Positions 37,407 through 50,444 of a stretch of DNA of 64,000 nt are shown piece by piece. The translations under genes were made by a program, and so were the position numbers. The DNA lies in NCBI GenBank assembly GCA_036785375.1, contig JAWMAR010000013.1, forward strand, positions 310,001 to 374,000, read 5' to 3'. Positions within the stretch are counted from its first letter, which is position 1. The number at the start of each line of letters is the position of its first letter. Origin of the DNA: Leucoraja ocellata. Taxonomy: Eukaryota. A model generated the notes under the pieces. That model worked only from the letters and a program-made list of their open reading frames with translations. It searched no databases and had not been told where the DNA came from.

Positions 37407-38222
37407 AAAGGATAAAGGACATTTATTGTCACATACACCAATTGGTGCAGTGAAATTTGAGTTGTCAATGCAGCACACAAATAAAATATACACATTATAG
37501 AATTTAACATTAAACATAAAAAACATCCCCCCACAGCGGGATCAACGTTTCCCACTGTGAGGGAAGGCAGCAAAGTTCAGTCCACTTCTTAATGTTCACC
37601 CGTGGTCGGGACCTATTGAGGCCTCAGCAGATGCCGCCACGGCGGCCTGATGTTTTAGGCCCTCTCGCCGAGATGATGGAACTCCGGGGTTGGAACAGCG
37701 GCTTGGCGTTCCAAAATGGCTGCTTCCTCCCGGAGATCGCGGCTCTCGAAGTCCACAGGCCGCGCTGGGCGGAGCTCCAACACTGGCGACCTCGGTGAGA
37801 GATCCCAGGCTCCGCGTTGATAAAGTCAGCGCCGCCGCGGCTGGAAGCTCCGCAGACCACAGCTCCACGATGTTGAAGTCGGCAGGCCCAGCACTCCAAC
37901 ACAGCGACCAGGGTAAGGCATCGCCCCGCTCCGCGATGGTACCTCAGTGCTGAAGCTGCAGCTCGAAGCTCTGGCTGGTCTCTGACAGGAAAGGCCGCGC
38001 CAATCCAAATGGAGAGGGCGAAGATGCGGCTCGGAGGAAGGATGCTTCCTCGCCCAGGTAGGGACTGGGAAAAACGATTCCCCCCTTTCCTCCCACCCAT
38101 CCCCCACATAAAAAGACTAAAAGGCCTCCAGAACAAAACTTTAACAAACTAAAAATAAAAAATAGGGCGAAGAACAAACAGTTGCAGGCGAGGCTGCCAC
38201 ACTCTATGGCACCACCACTCAA
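37407..38222 (-). mobile_element. CpG-rich ~815-bp non-autonomous LINE-dependent element with a Rex1/Babar-like tail
   Basis: Minus strand runs from GAGTGGTGGTGCCATAGAGTGTGGCAGCCTCGCC to GTGACAATAAATGTCCTTTATCCTTTG. Related pieces at 59880-60110 and 63665-64000. No RT similarity in its ORFs. Confidence 0.65.
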
Positions 38223-40329
38223 ACAAATGTATTTGTATTAATGTAAATACAGCAACTAAAGCTGTCTAAGAGGATGCATAATTTCAGATTTTGAATTAAT
38301 TCTTCACTGATAAACAAAAGTCTGGAGAAATTAGCACTTAATCAGCAAATGCTGGAAACCTGCATTAATTAATCAAAGTCACTAGAGGGAACCAAATACC
38401 ATTCCCACCTTCACAAGAGGTGGACGAGAAACTGAAGCCAAGATGTTGTCCCAGCTGAACTCAGAATTGGGTGCAGCCGAAACCAAACCCCTTTGGGTTT
38501 CTGCACTAAGATCAGTTTGGGGTGTTAGGACTGAATAGTTTATAACTCAGCAAGAATCAGCCACCCAGGCAACAGGACCCCAGTGATCTGATTTGTCGAG
38601 GATGAGAAACCCTTATCGTTGGCCTCAGTTTAAATGATCAGAGTCACAAATCCAAAATACCAGAAGTCCTGACAATTTGCATTGAACTTTACAAGCCCTT
38701 GATTATGATTCTGGGAGCTTTAATCAACTTACCTTCTCCAGTATTGCTTCATCTGTCACTTGCGTTTACAATTAAGATGATGACGGCTACCAAAATTCCT
38801 GATAAAGTGCTTTTGCTTTGCAAGTAAAATTGTGGTCAATCTAACAATCTTTTAAAAACTTGTTCCCAAAAAAGCGTTGAGCCACAGCACGCACCTGGCG
38901 ATCGAGGCTGAACACTGGGAACTTGCTCAGATTTGATTTTAAAATAGGTCTTCGGAGACTCAGAATATTTTCAATCTGAACAACCCCCTCTCTGAGAAAC
39001 ATGCTGAGTATGGCTTGATGTAAAAGCCATAGACCACTATGGATTTTAACAGTGGGCCCATGCATACACACATTCATTGATTGCATATGAAACAAAGTCC
39101 AATGACAATTGATTAGGAGCAGAGTGCCAGCAATTGGCCTTACCTCCCGTTCAGCAGTCTGCATCTCTCTGGCAAAGGCTGTGAAAAATGAAAATGAGAT
39201 CAGGAAAGGTTGGCATGTTTGGACTCAGTCATTGAGTCATACAGCAGAGAAATAGGCCCTTCAACCCACTAAGTCCATGCTGACCATCAAGTGTCTATCT
39301 GTACTAATCCCATTTACCAGCATTTGGCCCTAATTTGCCAATGCCTTGGCAATTCAGGTGCTCATCTGGATATTTTGTTATTTGAGTCCCTACTTCCACC
39401 TCTGTCAGCGAGCCTGTTGTATGCAATTGTAAATCCAAATTGACCGACGGAACAAACAGCTATAATTTCAGCTATATTCCAGAACACAAAACTAATGTTG
39501 CACTAGATACACTTGCAAGAAACCATTTGGGGCATTGCATCCCAAGCGATTGTTCTGAGCCCCATGCTGAGTCAAAAAGAGTTTTGACTTTGAGGAACTG
39601 AAGGTATATTTAGAGCTGAGGGAATTAAGAGCCTTTAGTTCCTGGGTACCTTGGGTGAAATTAGGGACAATAAAATCCGAAAATACATCAAATGGTCAGC
39701 AGGTCAAGCAGTATTTATGGAAAGAGACTTTGTGCTAACGTTTCAGGTCAGAGGCCTTCCTGGTCAAGATCCCTGTGGGAGTGTGTGCAGAGGATGCATA
39801 CACTTTAAAGAGTCAAGGTACATATTTGGAGTCAACAGGTGGAAATTTCCTGATTGTTTGCTCTAACATCTGAGAGAAAATAACCATCACCGCATTCCTT
39901 CAAGGTGACTGAAATGCTGACAATAAACTGACAGAACAACTATTGTGAATTCAGACCGAGTGAAATAGATTGCTCTTTGTGCTGTTTGAAAGGTACATTT
40001 CCAGCTTGCTTTTAGGCCAAGTTTTATTTACGAATTGGAATAACATAATGCTCCAGAACTGATCTGCATGTTTCTTGGCTTGCTGTGGTTTATTGACTGC
40101 TGAGGTTTAGAGTGTTGAACGTACTGAATAATGTTGTTTTGAGTTGTGAAGGTGAATATTCAGGCCCCTGAACGTTCTCCTGCAATCAGTCTCCACAGGT
40201 ATTTGTCTTCCCATTGCCCCTGTTTTTAAAATGTTCTTGTAGTTACTTCTGCCATCTGGACAGACAGTTGGCTCCTCCTTGTTACTACTCAGTCAACTGC
40301 ACTCCATAACTCTCCTTTTGCATCTCCTT

Positions 40330-40880
40330 CCAAGCTCATTCATTCTCATCCTCAAGCTTCCCCATTTTCAACATGGATCCCCACCCCTCTGAGAAAATGT
40401 GGGCGAGCTAAAGTGACTGCAATCTTCATTTGTCATCCACCAACTCCATCTTCATAGGTCTCAATCCCCTGATCTTTACAATGTATTCACTTCCTATGGA
40501 GGTAGCCTCCACAGCACTGAGGCAGATAACTGGGATCCATCAACCTCTGAGAGAAAACTACTCTGCACATCTTGCTTTTAAATGACTAGCTCCTTATCTT
40601 GAAACTACGGCCCCTTGTTTGAGACACTCTCTTTTTTCAATGTGAAAACTCTTACCATCCTCTTGTCATGCCCCTTATGGATCTTATATGTTTCAGTAAG
40701 AACACTGCTCATTTAAAAAAATTCCAAATATATAGTACAGTCAAGCCCATTTAGCTTCTCTTGGCAGGGCAACACTCTCATCCCAGGAATTAGCTTGGTG
40801 GACTATATCCTTCCTTAGCAAAGGTGATCACAACTGTGCAATATTCGAGGTGAGCTCTCACCAATACCCTTCACAACTGC
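40330..40880 (-). mobile_element. Old CR1 fragment
   Basis: TCTCATCCCAGGAATTAGCTTGGTG...CACAACTGTGCAATATTCGAGGTG...CTCACCAATACCCT is the reverse of the RPHLEYCVQF/LIPGM region. Confidence 0.7.
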
Positions 40881-40917
40881 ATCAGTCACTATCACCTCTC
40901 TTGGGAATTATTTAATG

Positions 40918-41044
40918 TTTAAGAAAGAACTGCAGATGCTAGAAAAATCGAGGGTAGACAAAAATGCTGGAGAAACTCAGTGGGCGAGGCAGCATCTATG
41001 GAGCGAAGGAATAGGTGACTTTTCGGGTCGAGACCCTTCTTCGG
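40918..41044 (-). mobile_element. Penelope-derived short element with near-intact hammerhead motif
   Basis: Minus strand CCGAAGA-A-GGG-TCTCGA-CCC-GAAAA-GTC followed by the family body. Confidence 0.75.
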
Positions 41045-41104
41045 TTCCCATTCTGATTGAGGTTTTAACGAGGTCTGGAGCTGAGTAATTTTAGCAAAAC
41101 CAAA

Positions 41105-42520
41105 CTTTTTTTCTTTTTCCCCCCATAATTAACTTTATTCAGGATAAAAAATAAATGTACAAAACTGTGCAAAAAATGTTCAAACATTCTCAGCATTTAT
41201 ATATTTGCAATTGTCATACTCATTAGTATTTGCACCCATCTTTTAATAAAACAAAACATTCTTGCCATTCATGTGGCCCTTTAGGGTGATATCCCTTCTC
41301 TTGTTTGAGGGGTGTCCCCACCAGACTTTGCCCCTCAATGTTCAGCAGCAGGAGAAATCTAGACTGTAGTCGTCCACGCAGAATCTTGTAGATGGCTGCA
41401 CCAGTTTGGAATGGGCCAGTCAGCAACATTCCCTGACAACATCTCGCTATGCTGGGAGACCAACAAGTTTCAGGCAGACCAAAGTGCCAAGAGCACGGCC
41501 TCGCTCTTCCTGTGGTTGACTCTGGCACCCAATGCCAACTCAAATTGATTGCAGATGATGATTAATCTGTAGACTGATCGTGGATCCGAGCAGAAAACAG
41601 CGACATTGTTCATGTACAAGGCGGTTTTGATTTGAGTGCTCCCACTGTCTAACAATGTTATCCCTCTTATGCTATTGTCCTTCCTGATGGACTCAGCAAA
41701 GGGTTATATGCAGCACACAAACCAGACCGGGTATAGTGGGAAACCTGCCTGGCTTCAGACCCGATGGGGAAGATATCCATTTTCTCCCATTGTTTTGGAC
41801 TGCTTTATAGATATTAGTGAAGAGCAGTTGGATCTATTTCCTGATTCCCTCCCCAAAGCCTATTTTGTAGAACATGTCCATCATGTACGTGCGTGTCAGG
41901 ATCTTATAGTCCACATTTATCAGGGAGATGGGTCTCAATTCCTGATGTCATCGTTCTCCCCCTTCTGCTTGTAGATGAGGTTGATGATGCCCTTCCTCAT
42001 GGAATTTGACACGCTGCCGGCCAGACACACAGCAGTGTACACTTCCAGCAGGTCCAGGTTCACCCAATCCCATGGAAGGTGTATAACTCAGACAGTAAAT
42101 CTTTGCTTCCAGGAGTTTTATTCTCGTCAAAGAAATGGATGGAGCCAGTCAGCTCTTCTTGGGTCAGTGGTTGGTCTAGATTATCCTGCTTGCTGTCTTC
42201 CAAGACCCCTATGTTAAAGAATAGGAAGTTCTGAGAAGCTGTGCTATCTGTGGCCTTTCTGTCATACAGACGGCAATATGTCCGTCTGCGAGAAAATTAC
42301 CGAACAGTCCTCTTCCTTAAGGTCGTGGATCACAGAGCCTTATGGAAGGAGAAGCATGGGCACATCTCATCCTGCTCCATGGAGTGGACTCAGAATTGGA
42401 AGATGATCTTGCAGAATTGTGAGGCAAAGAGTGGATCTTGCTGCCTCTTCACCTCTCGGAGTTCCTCCCTCACATCCACCCCCGTCAACTGCAGAAGGAG
42501 GAGTTGCTGTGAGGTTGTCT
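41105..42520 (-). mobile_element. Decayed, rearranged Tx1/L1-clade LINE
   Basis: Poly(A)-like tail with AATAAA at ~41105-41140; translation GSTQIKTALYMNNVAVFCSDPRSV.RLI.IC.QFELA.GARVN.RKSE (degenerate YMDD region); 41640-41900 resembles the DQEKAFD/PDQT region. Confidence 0.75.
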
Positions 42521-43099
42521 GGAGTTGGAAGAATGTTCACTGTTCTCCAGAGTTGCAGCTAGGTTGGCACCATTTCTGTATCCAGTATAATTAGACATTT
42601 CTTGATATGTTCCATATACTTTTTGCAACTCTACTTACACAATTGAAATTGATTTTATTTTGATTTTGTTAGGTTGTACATTTTCATTTCGCAGGTTCTG
42701 ACTGGTTTTAGATCTCTCTCTCCAGGGCCTGTATCAAATGCGCTGCTGAGGTTTGTTGAGCTGGCTTGGCACCAAGTGCCTAGCAATGCTGCTCTAGACA
42801 ATTGTGAGCATCCAGTAATTACATCTCCTTCAACTTCCTCTTTTGACCTCTCCTGGACAAGTTTCCACAGAGGTGGTAAAGATTGATTACTGAGCAAATG
42901 GAGAGTTAGCACTTGTCTGTTATATCTGTACAGCACAATGTTATTGCATTAAATTCATTTAAGGAGGACCTCTTCATGAAGCCAGTGGAGTTGAATACTG
43001 AGCAAGGGGTAGGATCATCTGCTAAATCTGGAGCTATTTGTACATGTTGTCTAATGTTAGGAATACATTTAGCAAGCACACCATTGGGACAATTGCTGC

Positions 43100-43420
43100 A
43101 CATCAGAGCTATCTCAATACAAAACAAGGGGGCATAGTTACAGTGTAAGGGGTTGGTTATTTAAAGCTGAGTTGCATAGGAAGCCTCTCAAAGAGATTGG
43201 TGAATCTCTGGAATTCTTTCCCCTCAAGGATTGTGGAGGCTGGATCATTGGGGGTCTTCAAAGAGGAAGTAGATCAATTGTTGAAAGATTCAAGCAACTG
43301 CCACAGAAGAAGTGAGGCCTGGGACAGATCAGCCATGATCGCATTGAATGGTGGGACAGGCACGAGGGGCCAAGTGGCCTACAACTGTTCCTATTTTTTT
43401 ATATTGTTATGTTCCTACAA
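43100..43420 (+). mobile_element. Old CR1 3' fragment
   Basis: VNLWNSFPSRIVEAGSLGVFKEEVDQLL plus CAGATCAGCCATGATC...GAATGGTGG. Confidence 0.8.
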
Positions 43421-43949
43421 AAGCCATAGAAGTGTAGCTTTCAATGCTTGTACGCAAAACTGGAATCAAACTATAGACTGAGGATTTCTTCCCTCCTTTC
43501 CATTCGTCATTGTCAGAGTGTACACGAGTGGAAGCACATGACTGAAGGTTGGAGAATCGGTGACATGTATAAAGTTACCATGATGCTCAAAGGAGAGTAT
43601 GTGACATGTTCACACTGTAACACTCCGATACAATGCATTCAGTCAATACCGGTATTAATTCTGGACATTATTAATGTTACTTGTTTCGACTGATAACATT
43701 GTTCACTTACATTGAAAAGTTCAATAACTCCTCAAGACAATGGTAAGGCTTCACAATTTCTTTAAAAAATGTAAAAATATGGCAGTCAGAACAGTAACTA
43801 ACAGCCTAAAAGTGATGAAGATTAGGACCGTTTGTTTCACTTCCTTTGAGATATTGATGGAAAAACCGGTTATTTAATCAGCAATTTAAAAAAAAAATCT
43901 GAAAATCACCCTTCTAATTTTCTCCCAAATCTAGAGCAAGCTGTTGGTA

Positions 43950-44230
43950 AAATGTTATTAATTCACTTCCTTAGCTAACCTGCTAAATGTAATTCAGTAT
44001 ATTTTTAGAAGCCAGCAGACACTAGATAGGCGAGTGACAAAGTTCTTGCCACATGATGCTTATGGGGGATGATGTCACTTTTAATCGCTGGGCCTTGTCT
44101 TACTGTAATATTCTGTAAATGTGATACACTTGCTTTTGTAGCAAACACAGCTGTTATAAATCATTATAAAGCGTAAATAAATCTCATTTTCTTGTTTATT
44201 TATTTTGACTGGTAATTCTTAAAATTATTT
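43950..44230. promoter_or_regulatory. Candidate conserved non-coding element
   Basis: Unique sequence with GTAAATAAA and GCAAACA (forkhead-like), CAGCTG E-box, TGACA and TTTATAA-type motifs. Conservation not tested. Confidence 0.35.
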
Positions 44231-44293
44231 TCCCACTAAGTTGTATTCCTTTGAGCAGAGCTCTCTGTACTTCATTTTATACGAAACCATGAG

Positions 44294-45195
44294 CATAGTA
44301 CTGCCGGGAATGGGAGTGTCGCTGTATAACATTGGGGTGCAGTACTGGTGGGGATGGGTCGCCACTGTATAACATTGGGATACGGTAGTGGTGGAGACAG
44401 GACTATTAATGTATAACACTAAGATACAGTGATGGTGGGGACAGGACTGTAACTGTGCAACAGGAGGTACAGTACTGGTGGGGACAGGTGTGTCACTGTA
44501 TAACACAGAGGCACGGTAGTAGTGGGGACGGGTCTGTCAGTGCTTAACATCGGGATGCAGTATTGGTGGGAACAAGTCTGTCTGTATAACACTGGGGTAT
44601 AGTAGTGATGGGACAGTCAGTAAGTTGTCAGTATATAACATTAGGGTGCAGTACTGGTAGTAAAAGGTCTACAACAGTATTATACTGAGATATAGTATAG
44701 GTGGAGGCAGGTCTGTCGCTGTATAACACCGTGATACATACTGCTGGGGACGGGTCTGTCATTGTATAACACTGGGGTAAGAACTGGTGGAGACAGGTCT
44801 GTCACAGTATAACATTGGATACAGTACAGGTGGGATAGATCTATCACTATAACACTAGGGTACTGTCACTGCACATTACACTGGGATACAGTACTGGTGC
44901 AAATGGTCTGTCACTGTATCACACTAAGGTGTAGTTCTGGTGAGGACTGGTCTGTCACTGTAATAAAGTGGGGTACAGTACTAGTGGAGATGGGTCTGTC
45001 ACCGTGTAGCACTAGGGTACAGTATTAGTCGGGACGGGTATGTCGCTGTATAACACAGCGATACATCATGGGTAGGGACTGGTCTAGGATAGGTAAACGG
45101 TACTCTTGGGGGTAGGTTTATCACCATCTAACAATGGGTACAGCACTGATGGACATGGCTCTAATGTAGTGTATCATGGGATACAATACAGGTTG
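44294..45195. repeat. 44-bp minisatellite, about 20 diverged units
   Basis: Consensus approx GGTCTGTCACTGTATAACACTGGGGTACAGTACTGGTGGGGACG; TGTATAAC recurs every 43-44 bp. Confidence 0.92.
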
Positions 45196-45384
45196 ACAAA
45201 ATCAATAATTGTATAACATTTGGCATGATTCTGGCAGATACAGGTTTCTCACCGCATAAGGGGTTGATCCAGGCCTAATGAGCAGTTTAATAGATTGAAT
45301 TACTATCCCCTCAGTCGGACAAGTACACATCAATTTGAGGGAATCCAAGGGAAGCTGACTTTGTAAAGTACAATAGTAATTATG

Positions 45385-45587
45385 AGAGAAACACAGAGTG
45401 CTGAGGAACTCAGCGGGTCTGGCAGAAATTGGAGGGAATGGACAGATGACATTTTGGTCGGACACTTCTTCACACTGACTTGACCTGAAACGTTGTCTGT
45501 CCATTCCCACCACAGATGCTGCCTGACCCACTGAGTTCCTCCAGCACTGTGTTCTACTCAAGATTTCCATGTGTTCCCTGTGTCTCT
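45385..45587. mobile_element. Palindromic Penelope-derived short element
   Basis: AACACAGAGTGCTGAGGAACTCAGCGGGTC ... GACCCACTGAGTTCCTCCAGCACTGTGTT inverted arms with a central GACCTGAAACGTTG remnant. Confidence 0.75.
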
Positions 45588-48069
45588 TTGTTATAAAGAG
45601 GATACATTTTGCCCAACTTACAAAGGGGAGTGGAAGTGTTTGGAGAAATGTATGGCGTTACATAATTCACTTAGCTTTTAACTCCAGAGTGTTTCTCTGG
45701 AGCTCTCTGTGTATCCATTAGCACGCACCATGGAGACTGCGAGATTCTTAGAAAAGCTGTCAGATTTCAGTAACAGGCTGATTTGACATTACATTTTCTT
45801 TCTCCTCTCTCATTTATTTATTTATTATCACCTCATACAATGTCCATTTTGCTTTCATTGTTGACGTGTTTTGGATGCTGCTGGAATTTATTGTCATCCA
45901 TAGTTGCTCTGGTTCTGAGGAGGCTGCAAGGAATCAAGACGGCAGATTCCCACTCCTGAAGCACAGCAGTGAACCTTTATTTTATGGCCAATGAGCAGTA
46001 TTGTGCAGGCCAATTCATCGATTCCAGATTTATTTAATTAAACCACCCCAGCTGGCTTGGTGGGTTTTACCATTCCCATCTTTTATGTTGAGAGCCAACA
46101 AGCCAGTTGTAGGTAGTTTGGTCCATTGCACCTGCGCCCATCCCGAGATCTGTTAAATGGAGTAGTCTCCCAGAGCAAGCCCCAGCATCAGACACATTTT
46201 CAATGAGATGTGACGGTCTCCAAAGTTCTGTTCATTTGGGATCTCAATAAATCTTAATCTTCCACTGCACCAACTAAATCAGAACAAAAATCTTCACAGG
46301 CTCAACACTCAGTCGGAGTTGTTAAACCCTTTAATCATTTAAAAAACACTCCGAATGCTTCTGGGACATTCAAATACATTCACAGATTGAGAAAAACTTT
46401 CAACAAACTTCTATAACTTAAAAAATAAATATCAGAAACAGAACAACTTAAAAATCTATATTAACTCACCAATAAAGAGTTATTAAAATGCCTCAGAAAG
46501 ATTTTAAAGCCCTTTTAACTTAAATAATGGAAGGGTTTCTTTAATTAATAGCCTCCTACTGGAGTTCCTTGACCTTCTAAAATCATTGAGAAGGATTGCA
46601 GCAGGATCTTGGGGCAATTTCCCTCTGTAAATGGTGCATAATTAGCAAGTTTTTACTCCCACATTGAAGTGCTGTGCTCAATGTTGGAGTACAGCTGCTG
46701 GCTAATAATGAACTACAGGAGGCAACTTCTGGATTTCTGTATCCAAGCACTAACACGCAGAACATATCCTGTCAGGCTTACTTCCTACTCCCTCCACAGC
46801 TTCTGCGATCATTGTATGCTTCCATTCTATAATATTTACAGTGTGAAATGATGAAAGTGAAAGTTACGCATTTACTGTTGTTATACTGCAGACTGGACAA
46901 CAACTTCTTCAAATCAAGTCCAGTTCAACTATTTGTCATGTGCACAAGTACAATGAGATACAGATACAATGCTGCAAGCAAGTTTTCATCAGGTTGTATG
47001 GCCATATTAAGCCCCGTCTGATTTTCCCTGGTCCTTATTTATCAATGTCTTAATCCCTCAGCACCTGGTTGTCAGCAAAACTCAGGACTGCAAAGGGCAG
47101 CTCGCCAAACACCTTCCTTCCTCCAAATCAATTTCTCAGCTTAATTTGTCAGCTCCAAGGGCATCTACTAGTCGTCAAGGACATTTCATCTAAAGTAACA
47201 AGCCATGTCCACCGTTTATCACTATATCACATAGGATGTGTCCATAATACTCACAGGCCTAAGAAAACATTATTCTCTCCAGCCACCAGGAAAACAAACT
47301 TCATTCTGAACCCTGGAAGGTCAACGAGAGGAGGGCCTACCAGCAGCAATAAGCCTGAATCTGCAATACGTGATGATACCGCACTGAAAAGAGAGCCTGT
47401 GGGAGAGAACAACCAGGGAGAGGTTGGGAGATGTTCAACAAGTATCTGTACACTGTGGACAGCTTGATTGGAATCATGTATCATTTTTCCGTTGACTGGA
47501 TAGCACACAATAAAAAAGCTTTTCACTGTACCTTGGTACATGTGACAAGAAACTAAATTAAAGAACCCTCGTGCACAGCTTCAGTTTGATTTGTTTGCTG
47601 ACAATGCGCAAATGTTCTTACTTCAACTTCAAGTACAAATAGGTCTGCGTGCACAATCTTTCAGTGTTTCCTCAACCAGAATCTACTTGACGGAAGCATG
47701 TGTGTTTATTGTCCACTCCGCCTGGACATTTCCTGCACAAACACCAGCACAGAGTGATTCATGGTGAGAAAATAATTGTCCCAGTGGTCACTGAGTTCAC
47801 CTGATTAGGTCTGGTCCGTAGAGTTCTCCAGCTTGAGCTTCAATGAGAGAAAAAAAATGGGCATCCATAAATGTTTATTTTTGGTATTGTTTTAAATTAT
47901 TTTAAGTAAAAGTTAATCTCTGTCATAAATCTTGAGTACATTCATTGATGAAGGTGACAGGATATACAAGTTGGTACCCGATGTAAGATGATCATTTAAA
48001 GCAACTCTCGAGTGATATCGGTATACCTTTGTGCACTGGCTGTGTTCAGACAATGCTGTCTCAGAATGA

Positions 48070-48365
48070 TAGTCATAGGCATGGAATCAGACTCTTTGGC
48101 CCACCAAGTCCACACTGACCAGCAACCACTATTTATACATCCCATTTTGATTCTCCCATTTCCCTTCAATGCCCTCAAGATTCTTCCACCCACCTACACA
48201 AGAGGAAATTTTGTGATCACTTATCCTTGGAATGTGGAGGCAAACTGGAGCATTAGGTGGAAACGTACGGTCTCAAGGCATTTCAACACATCAGCATCGG
48301 AGGTTAGGATAGTACCAGGGTTGCTGGAGCAGTGAGAGAGTGACTCTATAGCTACACCACTGTCT
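48070..48365 (-). mobile_element. Decayed HE1-type V-SINE
   Basis: Reverse of the 56403-56652 family: CR1-derived tail, TTGGAATGTGGAGG.AAACTGGAGCA core, tRNA-like head near 48300-48365. Confidence 0.6.
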
Positions 48366-48618
48366 TCTCATTCATCACTATCATCATGCAAATAAGAGTC
48401 ATACAGCACAGAAACATTCCCTTCGGCCCAATTCCTCCATGCTGACCATTTAAAATTTATGGCTTCAAGAAATGCTTTAGCACCATCACAGACATGCAAG
48501 AGCACACAATGGGAATGTGGAAAATATGAGAGTGATCGAGGCAAAGCCTTGCAGTGGTGATGAGACAGGATCAGTCCCGGCAACAGCAATTCTCAACGCA
48601 ATAGGGGTGCAAGCATAT

Positions 48619-48947
48619 TTAGAAACATAGAAACATAGAAAATAGATGCAGGAGTAGGCCATTCGGCCCTTCGAGCCTGCACCGCCATTCAATATGATCA
48701 TGGCTGATCATCCAACTCAGTATCCCGTACCTGCCTTCTCTCCATACCCCCTGATCCCCTTAGCCACAAGGGCCATATCTAACTCCCTCTTAAATATAGC
48801 CAATGAACTGGCCTCAACTACCCTCTGTGGCAGAGAGTTCCAGAGATTCACCACTCTCTGCGTGAAAAAAGTTCTTCTCATCTCGGTTTTAAAGGATTTC
48901 CCCTTTATCCTTAAGCTGTGACCCCTTGTCCTGGACTTCCCTAACAT
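48619..48947 (-). mobile_element. Young CR1 3' fragment with (GAAACATA)n tail
   Basis: ORF MLGKSRTRGHSLRIKGKSFKTEMRRTFFTQRVVNLWNSLPQRVVEA. Confidence 0.93.
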
Positions 48948-48949
48948 CT

Positions 48950-49400
48950 TGGATGGATTTGGAGAGTGTGCAGAAGATGTTTACCTGAACGCTGTGTGGA
49001 TCAGATGATAATAGCTAGAAGGATAAGTTATCCAGACTTGAATTGTTTTCTCTACAATGCAAGAGGTTGAGGGGAGACCTGTTAGAAGTATATAAAATTA
49101 CGAGAAGCAATGGTAGGGTTTTCATTCAGAACCTTTTTGCCAGGGTGGAAAGGTCAAATACTGGAGGGCATAGATTTAAGGCGTAAGGTGTACGTTTTTT
49201 TTACACTGGGGGTGGTGGTGCCTACAACATGCTGCTAGGGTGGAGGTGATATGATAGAGGCATTTTTGAGGTTTTTAGATAGCACATGGATATGCGGGGA
49301 ATGGAGGGATAGGGATCATGTGGAGATTAGTTTAGCACAAAATGTTCAGCACAAAATGTGGGCTGAAGGGCCTGTTCCTGTGCACTACTGTTCTATGTTC
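48950..49400 (+). mobile_element. CR1 3' fragment of another subfamily
   Basis: TTGGAGAGTGTGCAGAAGA.GTTTACC...GAGGTTGAGGGGAGACCTG.TAGAAGTATATAAAATT...GGGCTGAAGGGCCTGTTCCTGTGC..TACTGTTCTATGTTCT. Confidence 0.85.
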
Positions 49401-49816
49401 TGTGAATACTGTCAACTGAAGTGAGGAATAAGAACACAATAGTATCTGTGCCTAGGAAAGTCTGTCAGCATTGCCAACTGTTGAAGCACCTTCCCTAGTT
49501 GAAGAGAAGGCTGGTGAGTCATATGACCAATATAGCACAATGCTGCCAAACTCTCTGAAGGGTGCGAGTCTCACACAATTACACCGGAAGGAGAAGTCAG
49601 AGACAGACTTGTGTTTAGAACTGCAGACTCGACAGTGAGAGAAAGGTTACTTCGAGAAATTCATTTGCAAATTATTGATACAGAGATTTGTCATCTGGCT
49701 GAGCAGAGAGTCTCAGATTAAAGTTCTCAGTGAGTCAGTTGGGAAAAACGTGAGTGTAGAGGTGTCAGAAGACAGCTCTGAGCTAGAGCTACGCAATGAG
49801 AGGGGTGGAGCTGTGG

Positions 49817-50250
49817 GAACATAAGAACATAAGAAAATCGGAGCAGGAGTAGGCCACTCAGCCTATCTAGCCTGCCTCACTATTCAATACTACAATGTCT
49901 GATCTGCCTTAGGCTTCACCTCCTCTTCTCAGCCAGTTTCCCATGACCCTCGGCTCCCTGATCTTTCAACAATTTACTTACTTCTTATTTAATGACCTCC
50001 AATGATCATGCCTGCATAACTCTCCAGGATGGACATTCATCCACATCTGTGAGAAGTTCAGTTTGAAATTGCGCCCCTCTTAATCTTTTAACGATGAATC
50101 CTCATTTGAGATTCTCCCAATAGTAGAAACATCTGGACATCAACCTAACTGAGTCCCTCTCAGAATCCGTTTATGTTTCAACAAGATCATCCCTTTTTCT
50201 TTGCAACACCAAGAATATAATCTATTTAGCCACTTATGATAGAACAACCT
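49817..50250 (-). mobile_element. Old CR1 3' fragment with (AACATAAG)n tail
   Basis: GAACATAAGAACATAAGAAAATCGGAGCAGGAGTAGGCC. Confidence 0.8.
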
Positions 50251-50444
50251 CAAGGGAGCAAACATGAATTCCACTGGAAAGAATTGTTATATTTTACCAA
50301 AAGCAGGACAGAAGTGCAGGAAGAGTAATTATTTTGTAAAGAAATGCTGAGGAAAAGAATCGTCACTGGCAACCGTAATTGTTGTGGAGTCTGGGACAAC
50401 AGTTTCTGTTGTCAATGCTGTTGGTTTGGATGAGAGGTGCCTTA

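Noticed and set aside
37592-38222. Second CpG-island promoter with overlapping ORFs
   Set aside because: The sequence is repeated elsewhere in the window and ends in a retroelement tail; the ORFs reflect high GC content.
44294-45195. CRISPR-like array
   Set aside because: Head-to-tail tandem units with no unique spacers, no cas genes, and a vertebrate context.
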